Virus record (IMG/VR): IMGVR_UViG_2721755486_000003
Source: a virus
Taxonomy: Duplodnaviria > Caudoviricetes
Strand: one strand, 5' to 3'
DNA: 64,000 bases
A program made the position numbers and the translations under genes. This document shows positions 47,622 through 55,937 of this stretch, piece after piece. A model generated the notes under the pieces. It worked only from the letters and a program-made list of their open reading frames with translations. It did no database searches and was not told the origin of the DNA. Position 1 is the first letter of the stretch, and the number at the start of each line of letters is the position of its first letter.

Positions 47622-48128
47622 CTACTTCGTCTCTTTGATCGCAAACCCGAGCGCTGCCATCAGGTGGCGCTTGATCCGATAGGCCTCTGTGATCGCGCCC
47701 TTGCTGTCCTCGATCGTGTCCAGTTCGGCGCCGGCCTCCCGGTACACGAAGTCAGCCACATAGCGCAGCGGCGGCCTCTTCCGGCCCTGAATCACGACTG
47801 CCGGCGCCAGCTCGAAGGCCACCTGGCGCCGCAGGCCGCCGATCAGCCCGGCACGCTCCATCAGCCGGAGGTGGCTGTACCGCTCCATCTCGCGCTGGCT
47901 GTCAAACTTCTCGCCGTTCAGCGTGACGCGGCGGTTTCCGTACTTGCTCTTGCCGCGCGCCGCGCCGCTCGCATGTCCGATGCCAGCTTGACCGCCGCCG
48001 GCCGCCCCCTGTGCTTCTCCACCTTCTCCAGGAACTCGGTCACCCGCCCGTCCGGCAGCGGCGCCAGCCAGCGCACCTCGCACTCGTGCCGCCACACCTC
48101 GTCCGATCGCATTGCGCCGCCCCGTCAT
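47622..48128 (-). CDS. DUF1064-family endonuclease (start uncertain)
   Basis: SKYGN, FDS..E, YVADFVY, IEDSKG. Confidence 0.8.
   Translation of the reverse strand: MTGRRNAIGRGVAARVRGALAGAAAGRAGDRVPGEGGEAQGAAGGGQAGIGHASGAARGKSKYGNRRVTLNGEKFDSQREMERYSHLRLMERAGLIGGLRRQVAFELAPAVVIQGRKRPPLRYVADFVYREAGAELDTIEDSKGAITEAYRIKRHLMAALGFAIKETK
47918..48112 (-). CDS. Conserved phage hypothetical protein
   Basis: WRHECEVRW...VEK.RG motif. Confidence 0.65.
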   Translation of the reverse strand: MRSDEVWRHECEVRWLAPLPDGRVTEFLEKVEKHRGRPAAVKLASDMRAARRAARASTETAASR

Positions 48129-49102
48129 GCCGTTGCATCCAGCGGCGGATGGCCGTAGAAGTACTCGTGGACGCTGGCATAGGCCGACGACTTTGTGCGC
48201 AGCAGGTCGGCCAGCAGAGCCTGGCGCCACGGACCGTCCCCGGCGTTCTTGAAGACGCCAACCTTGTAGCGCTGGAACTCCTCGCCCGGCTTCCTGGCCC
48301 GCCACACGTCGGCGCCCTTCGCCTCGATGCCGGGGGCGGTCTCCCACCAGGCCGCATCGCTGCCCACCGGCGCGCCGCCAGCTGCGGCTGGCTGCTGGGG
48401 CGCGGCCTCGTCGAGCCAGCGTGCGCCGTTCAACCAGGTTGCCGGGTGCGGGATGAACTTGCCCTTCTCCTCGCGCCACTCGGGCTGTGCCGCCTGCTTC
48501 GCGATGGCGGCAAGCAGCATCTCCAGCTTGCCCTCGTCGACTTGCAGCTTGGCGAAGGCCTTCTCGGCGTCTGCCTTGGCGGCCTTCTTCGGGTAGGCCT
48601 GCCAGAACCGGTCGAACAACGCCGACGACTTTGCAGCCTTGCCGCCCCTCGCGGGTGCGCCCTGACGGTTCCCTGATGGTTCCTTTGTAGGTTCTTTACG
48701 GTTAGGGTGCATCTCCTGCGGGGGTCCCCCGCATTTGCTGCGGGGGTGGGGTGCATCTCCTGCGGGGGTGTGGTGCATATCCTGCGGGGGTGCATTTCCT
48801 GCTGGGGTGCGCGCCGTGCGGGGGTGCATTTCCTGCGGGGGTGAATATTCTGCGGGGGTGACGGTGTAGCTGGTGCTGCGACCAGTCGTCCGCTTCGTCT
48901 GCAGCGCGCCGGCATCTTCCAACCACTTGATTGCGGTCTGCACGGCCCGCTCGCTCGCGCAAACCCGCTTGGCGATCGTTGCAATGGCCGGCCAGCATAC
49001 GCCCTGGTCATTGGCGTTATCCGCCAGCGAGATCAGCACGGCCTTCTGGGCGATCGACATCCCCTCCAGGGGCCAGCACTGGGACATGATGATCGTGCTC
49101 AT
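48125..49102 (-). CDS. Phage replication initiator (N-terminal HTH)
   Basis: KAVLISLAD.AND.G.CWP.IATIA; FDRFW.AYPKK; HPATWLN..RW.DE. Confidence 0.88.
   Translation of the reverse strand: MSTIIMSQCWPLEGMSIAQKAVLISLADNANDQGVCWPAIATIAKRVCASERAVQTAIKWLEDAGALQTKRTTGRSTSYTVTPAEYSPPQEMHPRTARTPAGNAPPQDMHHTPAGDAPHPRSKCGGPPQEMHPNRKEPTKEPSGNRQGAPARGGKAAKSSALFDRFWQAYPKKAAKADAEKAFAKLQVDEGKLEMLLAAIAKQAAQPEWREEKGKFIPHPATWLNGARWLDEAAPQQPAAAGGAPVGSDAAWWETAPGIEAKGADVWRARKPGEEFQRYKVGVFKNAGDGPWRQALLADLLRTKSSAYASVHEYFYGHPPLDATA
48705..48860. repeat. Iterons / origin of prophage 2
   Basis: Eight CTGCGGGGG-core repeats at 48716, 48738, 48760, 48782, 48799, 48816, 48833, 48850. Confidence 0.85.
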
Positions 49103-49192
49103 GGGAGGCATCCCCTCATCCGAGGGATAACTAGTTGCAGCCTGCACATGCCACATTTGATTCGCCATTGAAGGCGCACATAGGAGACAGTG

Positions 49193-49375
49193 ATGGCTGA
49201 CGACCTGAAGAAGAAGGACGGGCGCGACCGCGCGAAGGTGAACAAGAGCGAAGCCTGGGAAGTCAACCAGGTAGCTAAAAAGCATGGCGTGACGCCAGCA
49301 GTAGTGAAGAAGGCGTTGGAGAAAGTTGGCCCCGTTCGAACTCGCGTTGAGCAGGAAATCAAGAAGAGCAAGTAG
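49193..49375 (+). CDS. DUF3606-like small protein (antisense moron)
   Basis: MADD....D..DR.KVN..E.WEV......GVT......A..KVGP; AGGAG RBS. Confidence 0.8.
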   Translation: MADDLKKKDGRDRAKVNKSEAWEVNQVAKKHGVTPAVVKKALEKVGPVRTRVEQEIKKSK

Positions 49376-49376
49376 T

Positions 49377-49673
49377 TCATCGCGCGGCCACCTCCAGGAT
49401 GCCGCACTCAAAGAGCCGCCCTATCGTCTTCCGATGGGCGGCTTCCCACATTTGCTCGCGCTCGACACGCGTCATGCGCCGGCCCTGATCAAGTTCCGCA
49501 TGACACGTGTAGCAAAGCGCTGCGATGCGATAGTCATGGGCCTTGATCCCGCGCCCCTTGCCGTCACGCAGCTGGTTTGAATGCGCCGCCACCACCGTGC
49601 CGTCCTGGCTGTTGCAGTGCTGGCACGGGAAGGACCGGACGGCCTCGAGGAGCCTCTGGCTACGGAACATCAT
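49377..49673 (-). CDS. Phage nuclease-like protein (DUF968/DUF1364-like)
   Basis: CQHC, AAHSN..RDGKG, LC..CH..LD. Confidence 0.8.
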   Translation of the reverse strand: MMFRSQRLLEAVRSFPCQHCNSQDGTVVAAHSNQLRDGKGRGIKAHDYRIAALCYTCHAELDQGRRMTRVEREQMWEAAHRKTIGRLFECGILEVAAR

Positions 49674-49969
49674 CAGAACAAGCTCCCTTGCGGATGCGGC
49701 CGGCGAACCGGGCGAATCGTGCGGCCGGTGACCTTGCACGGGCGCGCCGGCGCCTGCTCAAGCTGGCCCAGCTTCTGCCGCAGCTCATTGACACGCCCGC
49801 TCACTGTGTTGATCGCCAGGCCCGTCGCCTTGCAGATCTCCTGCAGCGAGTAGTCCCGCGGCCAGACGCCGATGGCCTCCATGATTTCCTGCTGGATCCG
49901 CCCCAGTTCGCCGGAGGCGCGCATCCGGTCATAGCTCCTGATGCTGGTATCCGCCACTGCGGTATGCAT
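49673..49969 (-). CDS. Winged-helix protein
   Basis: SLQEI...TGL.IN.VSGRVNEL, C.VTGR. Confidence 0.75.
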   Translation of the reverse strand: MHTAVADTSIRSYDRMRASGELGRIQQEIMEAIGVWPRDYSLQEICKATGLAINTVSGRVNELRQKLGQLEQAPARPCKVTGRTIRPVRRPHPQGSLF

Positions 49970-49978
49970 GTCGCCCTC

Positions 49979-50155
49979 CTATGCAGCTTTGGCCTTAGCC
50001 GGCCGGTACTTCTCGTCCTTGAACCCCGCGTTCCACTCCAGGTGCGCGTCGCTACCCGGCGGCCAGTGGGGGTTATCCTCGGGCTCAAGGCCCAGGCGGA
50101 ATGCCTCAGCCCCTGCCTCGCGCACCACAGCGCGCGGCATCAATTCGTGGAGCAT
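49979..50155 (-). CDS. Small Rmf/CrpP-like protein
   Basis: Manual translation ...GAEAFRLGLEPEDNPHWPPGSDAHLEWNAGF...; GGAGG RBS. Confidence 0.55.
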   Translation of the reverse strand: MLHELMPRAVVREAGAEAFRLGLEPEDNPHWPPGSDAHLEWNAGFKDEKYRPAKAKAA

Positions 50156-50559
50156 GTGTGCCCTCCCTCGTGGTAGCCCCGCCGCGGCGCCTCGCCGGCC
50201 TCGCGGGGAAAATTCAGATGCAACGCGGCCAGAAGCCTGTCCAGGCAGTCACTGCCCAGACCAAGCCATGACGCCATGGCATCGACGCTGGCGCGCTCGT
50301 GCAGCAGCAGCGCGCGCGCCTTGCCGCTCGCCCACAGCACCCGCTCCTCGCGGAACTGCTCGCGAGCCACGAGAACCAGGTCCAGGAGCCAATGCGATAC
50401 GCATGCAGCGAGGAGCGCGCATTCAGCACTCGCCCAACGGCCTTCCCGATGGTGCGGCGAGCAACGCTGCACGATGGTGGTGAGCTGCGGCGCCGTGACG
50501 CGCATGAAAGCGGGCGCCTCGCTGTCCTGTGGGCGCAGATTGATCGGTTCGCGGATCAC
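50140..50559 (-). CDS. Hypothetical protein
   Basis: GTGA-coupled ORF. Confidence 0.5.
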   Translation of the reverse strand: MIREPINLRPQDSEAPAFMRVTAPQLTTIVQRCSPHHREGRWASAECALLAACVSHWLLDLVLVAREQFREERVLWASGKARALLLHERASVDAMASWLGLGSDCLDRLLAALHLNFPREAGEAPRRGYHEGGHTCSTN

Positions 50560-50783
50560 TGTTCGCCCCCAGTTGCTGTCCCAACTTGTCCCACTTTGGG
50601 CCGCCGTTCGAATGCAATCACCTCCGGGTGAAGGTCGCCGTAAGCGCTGCGCAGGATGTAGTAGCCGAGTAATTCCGGCGTAGTGACGCCCTGCTCGACC
50701 GCTTTCAGCACCAATTGCCTCGCCTCTTCCATCGGGAGCAGCGCCGTCGCCGTCGCCAGGGGCTTCTTGTCAACCCCCTTCAT
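50556..50783 (-). CDS. Hypothetical protein (CII-region)
   Basis: Coupled ORF. Confidence 0.6.
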   Translation of the reverse strand: MKGVDKKPLATATALLPMEEARQLVLKAVEQGVTTPELLGYYILRSAYGDLHPEVIAFERRPKVGQVGTATGGEQ

Positions 50784-51004
50784 GCCGCCACCTGCGTCCC
50801 AAAGTGGCCCAGTTCGTCACTGACGCCTGCGATGGGAGCGGGCAAAGTGCCTACAGCGCCGAACAACGCCACTTCGGCGATGCGGGCCAGGGCTGCGGAA
50901 TCGCTCTCGATCCCATAGACCTGCTTGTAGACCTGGAGCGCGTCGTAGGCACGGTCGCGCAGGCGTGTCTTGACCTCGTTCCGATACTCGCTTCGACGTG
51001 ACAT
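50780..51004 (-). CDS. Small regulator-like protein
   Basis: EVKTRL...YDAL...SAALAR; GAGGA RBS. Confidence 0.6.
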   Translation of the reverse strand: MSRRSEYRNEVKTRLRDRAYDALQVYKQVYGIESDSAALARIAEVALFGAVGTLPAPIAGVSDELGHFGTQVAA

Positions 51005-51319
51005 TTCCTCTTCTCCGCTGCGTGCGACAAACCCAGGAGCCAGCCATGAGCCTGTCTTCGAATGCCGGGGCGATGCCCGGAACCTCTGAGCAAAGGGGGA
51101 TCGGTGCCAGCAGCAAGACTCGCCGCCGGCCAGGCGCCAGAACGGCGCCTCTGCTTTGGACTTCCCCCGGCCCGGGCGCCGTTGCGCCCAGGGTTACCGC
51201 TCAACTACTGGCGGCTCCCCCTGTTCGTGGGGGCTACCGCCTTCTTATGTGGCGCGCGCCCGCGGCCATGGAACAATCGAGATCTCTCACCTTCTCAACT
51301 ACCCACGACAGGGGCGCGC

Positions 51320-51826
51320 ATGACAACCTTCTTCCACGTGACGTCTGCACCCGTAGCGGTCGGCAGCGTGATCGAGCCAGGCAACTGGGGCAACCTGCTG
51401 AACCAGTACCGAATCGGCGCTCAAAACATCAAGCCGCTCGGCAATCCGTGGCTCCTTTCCAGGGAACTCGCCTTCGAGCTAACCCGCAGCTCTATCCCTC
51501 AGTTCCGCTCAAAGCCGAGCCGCTTGAACTCGTGCTTCTTGTTCACCGACATTGGTCACGCCAACAACCACATGAACACGCAATCGGAGCTGGCCACTCG
51601 GATCTTCATCGCCGAGATAGTCGACCCCTCGGCCGCAAGCCATACCGGGGACTACGAACTGATCAACTTGCCGGCGTCGGACTTTCTCCCTGCGATCACG
51701 CAGCACGCTCAACGCTATTGGGCTGGCGAATCGCCGCGCGTGCCCGAAGTGCTCACCGAATCCCCTATTCGCCTCGTCAGCGTCGTCAATGGCTGGCCCA
51801 ACCAATTCAAACCCTCCGCGGAGTAG
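51320..51826 (+). CDS. DUF2441-like, putative ADP-ribosyltransferase-fold protein (antisense moron)
   Basis: FFHVT...VG..I.PG, RE..FE..R, KPSRL.SCF, YWAGE..P.EVL. Confidence 0.7.
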   Translation: MTTFFHVTSAPVAVGSVIEPGNWGNLLNQYRIGAQNIKPLGNPWLLSRELAFELTRSSIPQFRSKPSRLNSCFLFTDIGHANNHMNTQSELATRIFIAEIVDPSAASHTGDYELINLPASDFLPAITQHAQRYWAGESPRVPEVLTESPIRLVSVVNGWPNQFKPSAE

Positions 51827-52139
51827 ATGGGTTCACGCCGGGGCAGCCATCGCATTCCACGCCCTCGCCGGACTTCCTGGAACAGCGGAAGCCGGCATCG
51901 AAGTGCGAGTCCAGCCAGAAGTGGTGTTTGCACTTCGACACGGCAATGCGTCGGTACGCTGACTGCCGAACCTCTGCGATCGCCGCATCCCTGGCCGCAT
52001 GTATTGCTGAAGCGATTGCCTCGGCATCGCCTCGCGCATCGATGCTGATGGCCTGGCTTATCGACGGCTGCTCTCGATTCAGCGATTCCAATGCCGGCCG
52101 GATCAACCACAGCACGAAGCGCGCGTACAAGGCCTTCAT
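51807..52139 (-). CDS. Hypothetical protein
   Basis: MKALYARFVLWLIRPAL; coupled to cro. Confidence 0.6.
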   Translation of the reverse strand: MKALYARFVLWLIRPALESLNREQPSISQAISIDARGDAEAIASAIHAARDAAIAEVRQSAYRRIAVSKCKHHFWLDSHFDAGFRCSRKSGEGVECDGCPGVNPSTPRRV

Positions 52140-52420
52140 TTCCCTTCCTCCTGGTGCGTTCCGTTTGGTGGTTGGGTGTCGTCGCTCGCATCCTGCCTCC
52201 AGCCACCACGCTGACCTGGCAGTTCCAGGTAGATCTGATCCAGAGTCGCCTCAACACCCCGGGACTTCGCAAAGTCCACGAGGCGCAACGCCTGACCAAT
52301 CGACATAAGGCATAGCCCCCGTTCGCATTGCGAGATCGCAGACTGCCCAATGCCTATCGCAGCCCCAAGCTTCGCTTGCGATAGGCCGAGCTTCTTTCGC
52401 AGTTCAGTGAGACCGTTCAT
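52136..52420 (-). CDS. cro: Cro-like repressor
   Basis: LRKKLGLSQAKLGAAIGIGQSAISQCERG; divergent from cI. Confidence 0.88.
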   Translation of the reverse strand: MNGLTELRKKLGLSQAKLGAAIGIGQSAISQCERGLCLMSIGQALRLVDFAKSRGVEATLDQIYLELPGQRGGWRQDASDDTQPPNGTHQEEGK

Positions 52421-52427
52421 GCACGAA

Positions 52428-52491
52428 TAGTAGTCCGACTGCTAAGTAAGGTCAACAGTCGGACTGTTTGCCAAAAATTAGACCGACTAAT
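52428..52491. promoter_or_regulatory. OR-like operators (three AGTC(C/G)GACT palindromes)
   Basis: TAGTAGTCCGACTGCTA, AACAGTCGGACTGTT, ATTAGACCGACTAAT. Confidence 0.85.
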
Positions 52492-52503
52492 ATCTTTCGG
52501 CCC

Positions 52504-53226
52504 ATGCCCGCCCAACCCCTAACCGACGACCAGAAACGCGACGCCGAGCGCCTTACTCGCCTCTTTAAAGATTGGCAACACGCGCGACGCGCGCAGGGCG
52601 AGCCATCCTCTCAGGAGTTCGCCAGCGAACTCCTCGGCTTCAATCAAAGCGCACTCAGCCAATACTTGCGTGGCAAGATTCCGCTGAATGTCGCCGCCAT
52701 GTTGAAGTGGTGCGCCCTTCTGCGCTGCGACCCGTCAGACATCAGTCCTGATCTTGCCGAAAAGATGCGCGAGATTGCGGACCAGGTTCCAGACAAGATC
52801 GATAGCGAGTTTGCGCTAGTACGTCGTCTTGACGTCAAGGCGTCGGCCGGCCCTGGGCGGCTTGTATTCCTTGCCGGCGAAAAATCACGGCTGGCGTTCC
52901 GGCGTGACTTCCTTCGTGATCTTGGCCTATCGGAGAAGAATGCGGCGCTAGTCGACGTCGAAGGGATCAGCATGGAGCCCACGCTGCCAGATGGGGCAAT
53001 CGTACTCATCAATACCCAGCAGGAGCCGATCAGGTATGGAAAGGTCTACGTCGTGGTTGTCGATGGCGAAGTCGTCGTAAAGCGACTCGCGCGACGAGAG
53101 GGGGACATCTACCTTCTGTCCGACAACCCGAATAAGGACGATTTCCCGGATCGCAGGATCGCAGGCGAGTCCTTGGGCGGCTTCGAGATCAAGGGGCGGG
53201 CCAAGTGGTTTGGCTCTCGGCTATAA
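52504..53226 (+). CDS. cI: CI-like repressor (HTH + S24)
   Basis: QSALSQYL.G.IPLN HTH; ASAG cleavage site; GISMEP; VVKRL. Confidence 0.93.
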   Translation: MPAQPLTDDQKRDAERLTRLFKDWQHARRAQGEPSSQEFASELLGFNQSALSQYLRGKIPLNVAAMLKWCALLRCDPSDISPDLAEKMREIADQVPDKIDSEFALVRRLDVKASAGPGRLVFLAGEKSRLAFRRDFLRDLGLSEKNAALVDVEGISMEPTLPDGAIVLINTQQEPIRYGKVYVVVVDGEVVVKRLARREGDIYLLSDNPNKDDFPDRRIAGESLGGFEIKGRAKWFGSRL

Positions 53227-53270
53227 AGGGTTGGTACCCTACGCCATAAACAACGACAAGACAGACGACT

Positions 53271-53837
53271 ATGGCCCTCATCGCATGCAGCGAATGCAAT
53301 GCCGAAGTTAGCGATCGTGCAACAGCGTGCCCACGATGCGGAAATCCCATTGCAGCGACGCAGCATCAGGAGCCGCCCAAGCGCTCTGGCCGACTAGGGG
53401 TTGGCCTGGGCATTGTTGGCCTTGTGGGGATCTTCGTCATAGCAGCGACGATAAGTGCCAATAGCTCTCGAAGCTCGACCTCCGCCACAGCTGATGCAAC
53501 TACCGGCAATGAGCTCGGGATCAAGGCTGATGATGTGGTAAAGATGGATAAGGCTTCCTTCGGTTGCGAGTTTGAGCACAAGTTTGCAGAAGCCGCCGAG
53601 CACTACAACCAGAAGGAGTACTCAGCTTGGGCAAGAATCGTCAACGACGCTCCATGGTGCTTCTCGGGTGGAGCCCTAAACCCTGAGCAGACATGGACTG
53701 TGCTGCAGGTCCGCGGGCGCATCATGCAAATCAGCCAGACCACACTTGCACAGTACAAACTCGACCCATCAAGACACAAGCACTCGTACTGGACTGCCAC
53801 CTTCTGGGCGACAAAAGCAACAGATCCTAAGCCCTGA
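53271..53837 (+). CDS. Zinc-ribbon + TM + periplasmic-domain protein (immunity-region moron)
   Basis: MALIAC.EC...VSD.A..CP.CG.P; one TM; lower GC. Confidence 0.8.
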   Translation: MALIACSECNAEVSDRATACPRCGNPIAATQHQEPPKRSGRLGVGLGIVGLVGIFVIAATISANSSRSSTSATADATTGNELGIKADDVVKMDKASFGCEFEHKFAEAAEHYNQKEYSAWARIVNDAPWCFSGGALNPEQTWTVLQVRGRIMQISQTTLAQYKLDPSRHKHSYWTATFWATKATDPKP

Positions 53838-53844
53838 TCGGTAG

Positions 53845-53873
53845 TGCCCGCCGCAGAGCGGGCATTCTTTTTT
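53845..53873 (+). terminator. Intrinsic terminator
   Basis: TGCCCGC-cgcaga-GCGGGCA + TTCTTTTTT. Confidence 0.8.
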
Positions 53874-53881
53874 GAAAAATT

Positions 53882-53923
53882 ATTAGTCCGACTGTTGACG
53901 CTGTTTAGCAGTCGGACTACTAT
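53882..53923 (+). promoter_or_regulatory. pL-like promoter with two OL operators
   Basis: TTGACG-17-TACTAT overlapped by AGTCCGACT and AGTCGGACT. Confidence 0.85.
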
Positions 53924-53969
53924 CCACTCCATCGACGCGCCACCCGGCGCCCCCACGATGGAGATTGCG

Positions 53970-54419
53970 ATGCCGAAGTCCCCGACACACCAGCAGATCC
54001 TGGCGATGCCCCTGCGCCAGCAGGCGCGCGCGCTGGAGGAGCAGCGCCACAAGTCCCGGATGGCCATGCTCACGCGCATGGACGCCCAGCTGGCGCTCCT
54101 CGAGGCAGAGCAAAGCGCACTCAAGGCGGCCGGGCTCGACATCCACGGTTCCGAGATCGAGACCGATGCCTTCGGCAAGATCCTGCGCCTCCCCGCCGTC
54201 GCCTTCGGCAGCGCTGAAGCGCGCCACCTCAATGCACTCCTGACGGTCGGATTCAAGATCGAGAAGCAGGACTCCTGCGGCAGCCGTGCGCATCTGCTGC
54301 TCAAGAAAGGTCGCCTTCGCCTCGGCATGAGCGTCGACACCGAGGTTCTCATCAAGGTGGATCAGGCTCGCGCCCGCGCTGCAGCTGCGCCGGCGGAAGA
54401 AGTGGGTACGGCAGCATGA
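53970..54419 (+). CDS. Hypothetical phage protein
   Basis: First ORF after pL; GGAG RBS. Confidence 0.7.
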   Translation: MPKSPTHQQILAMPLRQQARALEEQRHKSRMAMLTRMDAQLALLEAEQSALKAAGLDIHGSEIETDAFGKILRLPAVAFGSAEARHLNALLTVGFKIEKQDSCGSRAHLLLKKGRLRLGMSVDTEVLIKVDQARARAAAAPAEEVGTAA

Positions 54420-54577
54420 CCCAGCGCCACGACCCCGCGAAGATCGCGCGCAATAACCGCGCCCTCCTGATCGGCACACTGATCGCCATCGCCCTGGTTG
54501 CCGTCTCCTGCCTCGCCACGGCCATGGACGGCGCCGCCAACGCGATCCACCCGACCACCTACCGGAGGTCGGCATGA
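54416..54577 (+). CDS. Small membrane protein
   Basis: MTQRHDPAKIARN + TM; homolog of 8601-8759. Confidence 0.65.
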   Translation: MTQRHDPAKIARNNRALLIGTLIAIALVAVSCLATAMDGAANAIHPTTYRRSA

Positions 54578-54708
54578 TCTTCCGCATCCTCCTCGACGGC
54601 GCGCCGGCCTATACCGGCCCCTTCCCCACCTGGTGGGATGCCTACGCCAGCGCCTTCAACCGAGCAGCCCTTGCCGGCGCCCATTGCGTGAAGGTGAAGC
54701 GAGCATGA
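54574..54708 (+). CDS. Small hypothetical protein
   Basis: MIFRILLDGAPAYTGPFPTWWDA; coupled both sides. Confidence 0.55.
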   Translation: MIFRILLDGAPAYTGPFPTWWDAYASAFNRAALAGAHCVKVKRA

Positions 54709-55241
54709 CGCCGACATCCGCACAGATCGGGCTGCTGCAGCACACGCTGGGTATCAGCGAGCGTCATCGCGAGCCGCACCGTAACCACTTCGTCGCCGGC
54801 CCGGGCCACCACGACATGCCGGACCTCGAGCAGCTGGAAGCCGCCGGACTCATGGTGCGCGGCTATAGGCCCGCGTTCCTGCCGGAAAGCTCCATCGTCT
54901 TCTACACCACCGAAGCGGGCCGCGCCCTGGCAATCACGTCACTGCCGGAGCCGCGGAAGCGGACACGATACGAGGAATATCTCGACGCAGATGGATGCGC
55001 TGGAGACTCGTTCGGGGAGTTCCTTTGCGGCATCCGCCTGCCAGAGTTCGAAACGCGCTGGCATCGGGACTATGGGACGTGGAAGGAGCACTACCAGTAC
55101 CGCATGTTCCGTCGCGACGGATACGGCCGCGAAGTGCAAGGCGACTGGGCCCCTACCAAGAAGGAGGCCAAGGCCAGCTACAAGGCCGCGCTCAAGGCCC
55201 GCCGGCAAGCCATGCACACGACCGCCTGGAGCCCGGCATGA
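54705..55241 (+). CDS. Conserved phage hypothetical protein
   Basis: LLQHTLG...RNHFVA, RYEEYL.AD, TKKEAKASYK. Confidence 0.75.
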   Translation: MTPTSAQIGLLQHTLGISERHREPHRNHFVAGPGHHDMPDLEQLEAAGLMVRGYRPAFLPESSIVFYTTEAGRALAITSLPEPRKRTRYEEYLDADGCAGDSFGEFLCGIRLPEFETRWHRDYGTWKEHYQYRMFRRDGYGREVQGDWAPTKKEAKASYKAALKARRQAMHTTAWSPA

Positions 55242-55471
55242 GCATGCCCGACTTCCTCTCGCGCACGCTCAAGAACAACGCCGAGTTCGCGCGCCGCGCG
55301 CGGCCGGCCGCCGCCACGCCAGGGCCCGTCCCGCCGATGGCGGACATCGTGCGCATCCTCAACGCGGCCATCAACACCGGCAACTTCTACGGCGTCGCGG
55401 CCCAGGATGCCTATGCCGGCCTCGTAGACCTGCGCGACCGCATGGTCGCCGTCCTTGGAGATCACCCATGA
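55238..55471 (+). CDS. Hypothetical protein
   Basis: Coupled ORF. Confidence 0.55.
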   Translation: MSMPDFLSRTLKNNAEFARRARPAAATPGPVPPMADIVRILNAAINTGNFYGVAAQDAYAGLVDLRDRMVAVLGDHP

Positions 55472-55809
55472 GCGCCTTCTGCGTGTTCGGCATGACCCTC
55501 GACGCCGCTATCAAGCGCGCCGAGAAGAAGCTCGCAGGCGAGAAGCTGACGATGGACGTGTGGAAGCAGAAGGTGCACGAAGCCGCTGAGCAGATCCTGA
55601 TCAGCGCGAAGCCTATCCAGGTCAGCCCTCCCTTCGACGCCCCTCAGTTCGCCGAGGAATGGATCCTCGTCGCGCGCAAGACGTCGCGCATCTACGGCGC
55701 GCGCGTCATGGTTCGCAAGCCAAAGGAGGACAAGAAGGGTAACCCAGTCATCAGCAAGTCCAGCGGCCTGCCCCTCATGGGCTGGCAGCCCTATAGGAGC
55801 GCGCCGTGA
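55468..55809 (+). CDS. Conserved phage hypothetical protein
   Basis: MSAFCVFGMT, SPPFDAPQFA. Confidence 0.7.
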   Translation: MSAFCVFGMTLDAAIKRAEKKLAGEKLTMDVWKQKVHEAAEQILISAKPIQVSPPFDAPQFAEEWILVARKTSRIYGARVMVRKPKEDKKGNPVISKSSGLPLMGWQPYRSAP

Positions 55810-55937
55810 GCTACGGAGTCGCCCTCTCCTTCCACATGGTCGCGCTCTTCGCGGCATTGGCTGTCGGCGCCTATTCGCGCTACGCGCTGGCAAAGCGCCT
55901 CGACGACCTCAACGACGAAATCTAAACGGAGAAACAC

